Source: a bacterium (lineage in GTDB: Bacteria; Zhuqueibacterota; Zhuqueibacteria; Oceanimicrobiales; Oceanimicrobiaceae). From it: a stretch of 10,225 nucleotides of DNA. Location of the stretch: the NCBI GenBank assembly GCA_046757165.1, contig JBHHXT010000178.1:1-10225 (forward strand), given 5' to 3'. Every line of letters begins with the position of its first letter. Position 1 is the stretch's first letter. Position numbers and translations under genes: made by a program. Positions 7,901 to 10,225 of the stretch are shown piece after piece. The notes beneath the pieces were generated by a model that was not told where the DNA came from, ran no database searches, and saw nothing but the letters and a program-made list of their open reading frames with translations.

Positions 7901-10170
7901 GCAGCTACCTTTTCGAACTCGACACGCCGGGAATTTACCAATTGAGCGCAGCCAAATCCGGCTTCGAAAGCGGCGCGAGTGTCGAGGTCGTGCTGCAGAC
8001 GAACAGCTCGGTGACGCAAAATCTGATTCTGACGCCAATCATTTCCCTGAGCACGATTTCAGGCTCCGTGACGCGGCGCGGAGAGCCCGTGGCCGAGGCG
8101 GAAGTGCGCTGCCTTTCGTTATCTGATGTTGCCATCCGTGACACCGTCTCGTCAAGCGCCACCGGAAGTTTCAGCTTCCCGAACCTGCCGGCGCCGGCAG
8201 AGTATCTGCTCGAAGTGGCCAGGGAGGGACTGCCAACTCTGGTTTCATCCGTGCTCGAGCTGACGGACGCCGGATTGAGCTATGACTTCATCTTTCCAAG
8301 CGGCCAGATTCGCTGGCGCATCACCCGCGATGGCGTGATTCCGCTGCCGGGTGTCACGGTGCGTATCAACAACGACACGCGCGACATTGAATTGATCACC
8401 GACGACGAAGGCACCAGCGCAACCGAGGCCAACCTCACCAGCGGCGACTACTTCGTGACGCTTGCAAACGCCGGAAACAGCCTGCTGCCCGGCAGGCACG
8501 CTGTGACCCTGCCGGAGGACTCGACGACCGCGGTCGAAGAAATATGGTTGCCGTTTATTCACGTGACGCCAGACAGCGTGCCGGCGCAGGAGTCATTGGT
8601 GGTCGAAGTGCTGTCGTTGAGCACGCCGGAGGACACCCTCTGGCTCAACACCCGCGGCGTTGATGAAATGACCTTTTCGAAGATGCTGCTCGAGCCAGAA
8701 CCCGGCTCGACGGGCGGCGACACGCTCGCCTACACCGCAGTTATTCCGCCTCAGCACAAGACCGGGCTAATCAGCTATTTCATTGAGACGGAGTTCAGGG
8801 GCCGCACTTACTCCAACGCTGCCCATCCATTCACGGCCATTGCAACCAATGAAGGTATCTTCTCACGGTTGGACCTGACTCCTGCTCTCAAGAGCGTCCC
8901 TCCCGGCGTCCCGGTCGTGCTCAACGCCCGGGCTTATGACGGCGTCAACAAGTCTATGACTGCGCAAGAGGTTTCCTGGCAGATCTCGGAGGGCGAAGGC
9001 GCATTCGAGAAATTCTCCGATGATTCCACCAAAGCCTGGTTTGTCTGCGACGTCGACACGACGACAAAGATCTCCGTGCTGGTCACCATTGACGACGTCG
9101 TTCTGGCCGGCAGCGCGACCGTCGTGACAGAAAACCGCGTGCTCGCGACACTCGAGGTAAACGGTTCTGCCGTCGAAGCCTCCAACCGGGCAGAGGTCAC
9201 CTTCTCTTATTCCGCCATCGACACCGGCGGCGTGCTCATGTCCATCTATCCGATCTGGACATTTGAACCGGCTGGCAGCGGCCAGCTTGTTGCCGGCGAT
9301 GATTTGGAAAGCGCAGTGTTTCGGCCCGATTCCAGCTTTATCGGCCAGGTGCAGGTCACGTTGCGCGACAGTCTCACCGGGGCGCTGGCTGCTTTTAACG
9401 CCGCCCGGGGCCTCAATTCCGGCGATGTTGGACTGAAGATATTTCAGGTCATCACAGAATCTTCAGACGAGACGCAAGTCAGCGACGGCGAGGGCTTCAC
9501 CCTGACCATTCCGGCAGGTGCGGTTGAAGCCGGCGCCAGCCTGAAGTTCAAACTGAGAAAACCACAGGTGCCGGATGTCAAACGGTTCACCGGCAAGCAC
9601 ACTGTGGCCGGTCAGATTTACGATATTCTGGTTTCGGGCGCAATTCGCGCCGGCAAGCAGTTTGGACTGCGCTTCCCAATACCAGAGGGCCTGGACCGGG
9701 ACAGGCTGGTGGTCGGCTACTGGGACCTCAACTCCCTGAGCTGGAAATTCATTGCGAGCGCTCTCGACGGCGACGTCATTGCCGCATCGACCGCACACTT
9801 TTCAGAATTTGCCGTACTGCTTGCTGCCGAGCCGCTGGCTATCAGCAATGTCGAACTGAAACCCAACCCCTTTTCGCCGCACGACCGGTACGGTCTGCAG
9901 GTCGGCTTCAACCTGACCTCGGATGATATCCGCAAGCCCTGGGTCACGGTTCAGATTTACAACATGCGCGGCGACCTGGTCAGGACTTTGGCGGATAATC
10001 TGCCGATGTCTCCGATAGAATATGTGCCGGGGGATGAAAACACCTTGATGTGGGACGGTCTGACGGACAGCGGAACATTTGCTCAAAACGGGCGCTACAT
10101 CGTGCGCCTCAAAGTACGTGACGGCAGTGGCGAGAAGGAAATTGTCAAGACGGTGGTGCTGATAAAATAG
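1849..10170 (+). CDS. Giant (2773 aa) repetitive cell-surface protein / putative adhesin with 22 carboxypeptidase-regulatory-like repeats, an HFS-motif ZU5/GAIN-like domain and a T9SS-type (FlgD-Ig) C-terminal sorting domain
   Basis: Uninterrupted frame from ATG 1849 to TAG 10168-10170. The start is supported by GGAGGT and by a signal peptide that begins there. The product is Thr/Ser/Gly/Ala/Val-rich and looks all-beta. Domains recognised by motif are listed separately. Adhesin function is inferred from architecture; no catalytic domain was recognised. Confidence 0.9.
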   Translation: MSVLRHGWRLISLLLCIAAGSVQAQVVAVNKGLLKSPANLSADLVLTEVPLGLVGIQDVAIVKWTPASSGALRYTAVPGGGNPANYPLELEGSALSVNTGGEIQFLGEKLPAGIHYCIIVSGSDNSTEFVVVREAEVSPRMISPRSARGEPGINTNSPTFTWEEVNGVPFYHVLLSDQPFTVTEDEEGNTQTEGANIIWQAITPATSIPYGTPDPSGFFTITDPPPLVKGVRYNWIVVNNYGNNPALTSSVSSGPSGFEVDVAPPFEAPTPIHPAHGSTITDDLITFQWSAVEGASLYHIYLSRLEELSGSEALLPIWDGVTSNTLYDVSSGVLQQEGFYYWKVLAQNESGNGAMTDTTRFFFATRSARVNFYTVDLQGATVPRSTLTLESVSRGTTPTVLPTDSDGWIDRLLPLGSYQITAAKEGFEDTTIVFDLQIENEIRNLSIPMRQSPSSIYGSTKDASQNALGFVTIRAVSQTSGETKETTSDINGNFSLGLSSDNWQFSAAKSGYQSAATRSLFLSPGVDLNLDESGNGGPFVLTRNTFTLSGSVVTPSGEAIWGASVLVTQSSEQEQAVSNAQGQYSVTLATGDWTVTVSKDGYVSPQPQTLTIIDHNVTENLTLTAQANIISGTITSEGVALENAEVRASPNSGQTVTAITDALGQYTLSLGRGSYQIAPQKTGYISPDPSQFALDVGQTLSGVDFAMQPENSFVTGEVTSDGVTPLAGVTVSNGSESASTGSNGRYTLGVLHGTYTLSAAKQGYLASQEQTVTLTPGQTLGGIDFLLTPNASVLTGNVTSGSLPVSGTRVTARNLSTGVQNQVETDPQGGFSLSVTSGTYSLIASKTGFLSNPDSIVVAVNPGQTMPNNDFSFVENVSHVSGLVKSGSAPLRNATVVVTAVGASENVFSTVTGVDGSFNLSVLPDFSYSVTASRSGYFEQRETTATLAAGQTENVVLALAPHQSIISGTVTAQGGGVLAGVTVQASDGSTAFSAISGATGAYTLGIDAGTFEVTAQKSGYLPATRSLTVGVGDTTSNANFSLAANFAALDGVITDAATGVPVAAALVVATETSTQNGGSNNTGSQGHYLIQNLPAGVYSLTVTHASYLTARVENQVFAGGSANRIDLALTPKNGRIAGQVTSGGAGIGGVTVTCSIAGVTNSTVTASDGSYALNNLSPAEYTVQASLSGHTSSASATTEVQANATATADFTVTPNEGTISGSVRENQTGIGGAQVVAAGDAGNSGFTTTAADGSYSISNLAADLYRVHVNLDRYASTPDTATVQLDPGTTVSQDFTVVRSEVQVSGNVRNQAGTAMAGIVVVGESSKGRSQTTTDANGAFTLTNLPGNAQYQIRTDIFEEGFENGETVLEVQSADLSGVTLTVGMRTAKIRGQVGVGQATLTAHHPVRGLTFSATSQPDGSYLFKNLFDGDYQLSISKVGYKATPAERSVASLGIGEERTGVNFVLEEIKVNLSGVVRDGNGNALANVEVLAWSAEAQATATTGSDGRYAIMGLPPNLTYIVETKLSDLDYENASTAASVGETDLAGQDLTVAVHSSAIQGTATRDSGEPVANALVTIVELDSTTYTDSNGSYAFYHLYSGTYTLTISKEGFVDIPPATVVVAQSGTATQDFRGLTPLTSAIFGIVSDDDGRLQDVIVTVTDENTGQVARLDTTDSGGIYSFQNLEAGELYTVETNRKGYATESSSNLSLAGGSVTADFLLRPVANSIFGLVRNKETNEIVRDAGVTVNGLAGGVWSDSTDAFGIFSVAGLLAGTYSVVAERDDLISSSQTVELAAGGARKLAMVLENPGSIEGTVTYLGSGRAGANITASNPLSGAVVTTTSGVDGGYRIRGLLNGEYTVSCVVPGFSAEPSPQTVMVTSGAASSADFTLTAENNAIIGTVTDAKSGLVSGAKILVTGTAVRDSSSSDLNGQFQVTDLPDGSYQVEASLPGYTAPPAETVQLVGGQPAIVDIQLTAIQNSISGFVKNDVTSAGVPGATVTATLAGGAAFTDTSAADGSYLFELDTPGIYQLSAAKSGFESGASVEVVLQTNSSVTQNLILTPIISLSTISGSVTRRGEPVAEAEVRCLSLSDVAIRDTVSSSATGSFSFPNLPAPAEYLLEVAREGLPTLVSSVLELTDAGLSYDFIFPSGQIRWRITRDGVIPLPGVTVRINNDTRDIELITDDEGTSATEANLTSGDYFVTLANAGNSLLPGRHAVTLPEDSTTAVEEIWLPFIHVTPDSVPAQESLVVEVLSLSTPEDTLWLNTRGVDEMTFSKMLLEPEPGSTGGDTLAYTAVIPPQHKTGLISYFIETEFRGRTYSNAAHPFTAIATNEGIFSRLDLTPALKSVPPGVPVVLNARAYDGVNKSMTAQEVSWQISEGEGAFEKFSDDSTKAWFVCDVDTTTKISVLVTIDDVVLAGSATVVTENRVLATLEVNGSAVEASNRAEVTFSYSAIDTGGVLMSIYPIWTFEPAGSGQLVAGDDLESAVFRPDSSFIGQVQVTLRDSLTGALAAFNAARGLNSGDVGLKIFQVITESSDETQVSDGEGFTLTIPAGAVEAGASLKFKLRKPQVPDVKRFTGKHTVAGQIYDILVSGAIRAGKQFGLRFPIPEGLDRDRLVVGYWDLNSLSWKFIASALDGDVIAASTAHFSEFAVLLAAEPLAISNVELKPNPFSPHDRYGLQVGFNLTSDDIRKPWVTVQIYNMRGDLVRTLADNLPMSPIEYVPGDENTLMWDGLTDSGTFAQNGRYIVRLKVRDGSGEKEIVKTVVLIK
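2263..2937 (+). other. Two tandem fibronectin type III-like domains
   Basis: Both follow the pattern PxxIxP...TFxW..V.G...YH..LS...Y.W.V: 'PRMISP...SPTFTWEEVNGVPFYHVLLS...YNWIVV' and 'PTPIHP...ITFQWSAVEGASLYHIYLS...YYWKVLAQN'. Confidence 0.7.
2944..8553 (+). repeat. Array of 22 diverged carboxypeptidase-regulatory-like (CarboxypepD_reg / CnaB-like) beta-sandwich repeats, about 85 aa each
   Basis: The consensus 'ISGxV....G.P..GA.V.......T..dG.Y.l..L..G.Y.v.a.k.GY......V.v..G.....dF.L.P' recurs 22 times by manual count over 5610 nt (mean 255 nt). The repeats are visible at protein level and are strongly diverged in DNA. Confidence 0.88.
8554..9400 (+). other. About three further Ig-like domains (one 'IH.P...Y.AVIP...SYFI' type and two Big_2/invasin-like); boundaries approximate
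   Basis: 'FIHVTP...YTAVIPPQ...ISYFIE'; 'RLDLTP...VVLNARAYDG......VSWQI..G.G'; 'TLEVNG...VTFSYSAIDTGG.....PIWTFEP...G.L'. The latter two resemble the intimin/invasin Big_2 pattern. Confidence 0.5.
9475..9819 (+). other. ZU5-like / GAIN-like domain ending in an HFS putative autoproteolysis motif
   Basis: Starts 'GFTLTIPAGAV' (typical ZU5 opening), continues 'GQIYDI...FGLRFPI......LVVGYWD.....W' and ends 'IAASTAHFSEFAVL'. H-F-S codons are at 9796-9804. Confidence 0.7.
9835..10167 (+). other. T9SS-type C-terminal sorting domain (FlgD-Ig-like)
   Basis: 'KPNPFSP...VGFNL......VTVQIYNMRGDLVRTL......LMWDGLTDSG....NGRYIVRLKV.......KTVVLIK-stop' shows the PNPF, IYNxxGxLV, WDG, GxYxVxL and terminal KxxxxK hallmarks. 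Confidence 0.82.
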
Positions 10171-10188
10171 GCGTTTGCTGAGAAAACC

Positions 10189-10225
10189 GTCATTTTGAGC
10201 TTCGCTCGTCATTTGCTGTCATTTG
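10189..10225. repeat. Short direct repeats GTCATTT(T)G x3, truncated at the window edge
   Basis: GTCATTTTG 10189-10197, GTCATTTG 10208-10215, GTCATTTG 10218-10225, with a mini-hairpin GAGC-TTC-GCTC at 10197-10207. Confidence 0.75.

Noticed and set aside
5599..7908. Nucleotide repeat GCTGACGGCAGCTAC (5599-5613 and 7894-7908) as a DGR template/variable repeat or recombination site
   Set aside because: It simply encodes the conserved ADGSY motif of the protein repeats. There is no long near-identical pair with adenine-specific mismatches and no reverse transcriptase in the window.
2944..8553. Carboxypeptidase enzyme or TonB-dependent receptor annotation for gene 2
   Set aside because: The repeats are the non-catalytic regulatory-like beta-sandwich. 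No M14 zinc-binding catalytic domain, plug domain or C-terminal barrel is evident.
1921..10167. Many N-X-S/T sequons suggesting N-glycosylation
   Set aside because: They are plausibly explained by the very high Ser/Thr content, and enrichment cannot be shown by eye.

Overview
The window holds two co-oriented + strand genes from a GC-rich diderm bacterium, probably a non-Bacteroidia member of the FCB superphylum (inference). Gene 1 (75-1532, 485 aa) encodes a signal-peptide-bearing outer-membrane beta-barrel with the FadL/PorV-type 'WNPA' motif. Gene 2 most likely starts at ATG 1849, not at the ORF-finder start 1693, and ends at 10170 (2773 aa). It encodes a giant secreted surface protein: signal peptide, N-terminal beta/Fn3-like head, 22 tandem carboxypeptidase-regulatory-like (CnaB/transthyretin-like) repeats of about 85 aa, about three more Ig-like domains, a ZU5/GAIN-like domain ending in TAHF|SEFAVL, and a FlgD-Ig/T9SS-type C-terminal sorting domain. 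The best candidate for a new system is a dedicated PorV-like barrel paired with a giant T9SS cargo that may self-cleave at HF|S just before its sorting domain, giving a tether-and-release adhesin. The 316-bp intergenic region contains mutually exclusive hairpins, a recurring ACAACC(C) motif and an 11-bp perfect inverted repeat around the AT-rich segment upstream of gene 2, which could be an attenuator or an invertible switch. All family assignments come from motif recognition by eye; no database searches were run.
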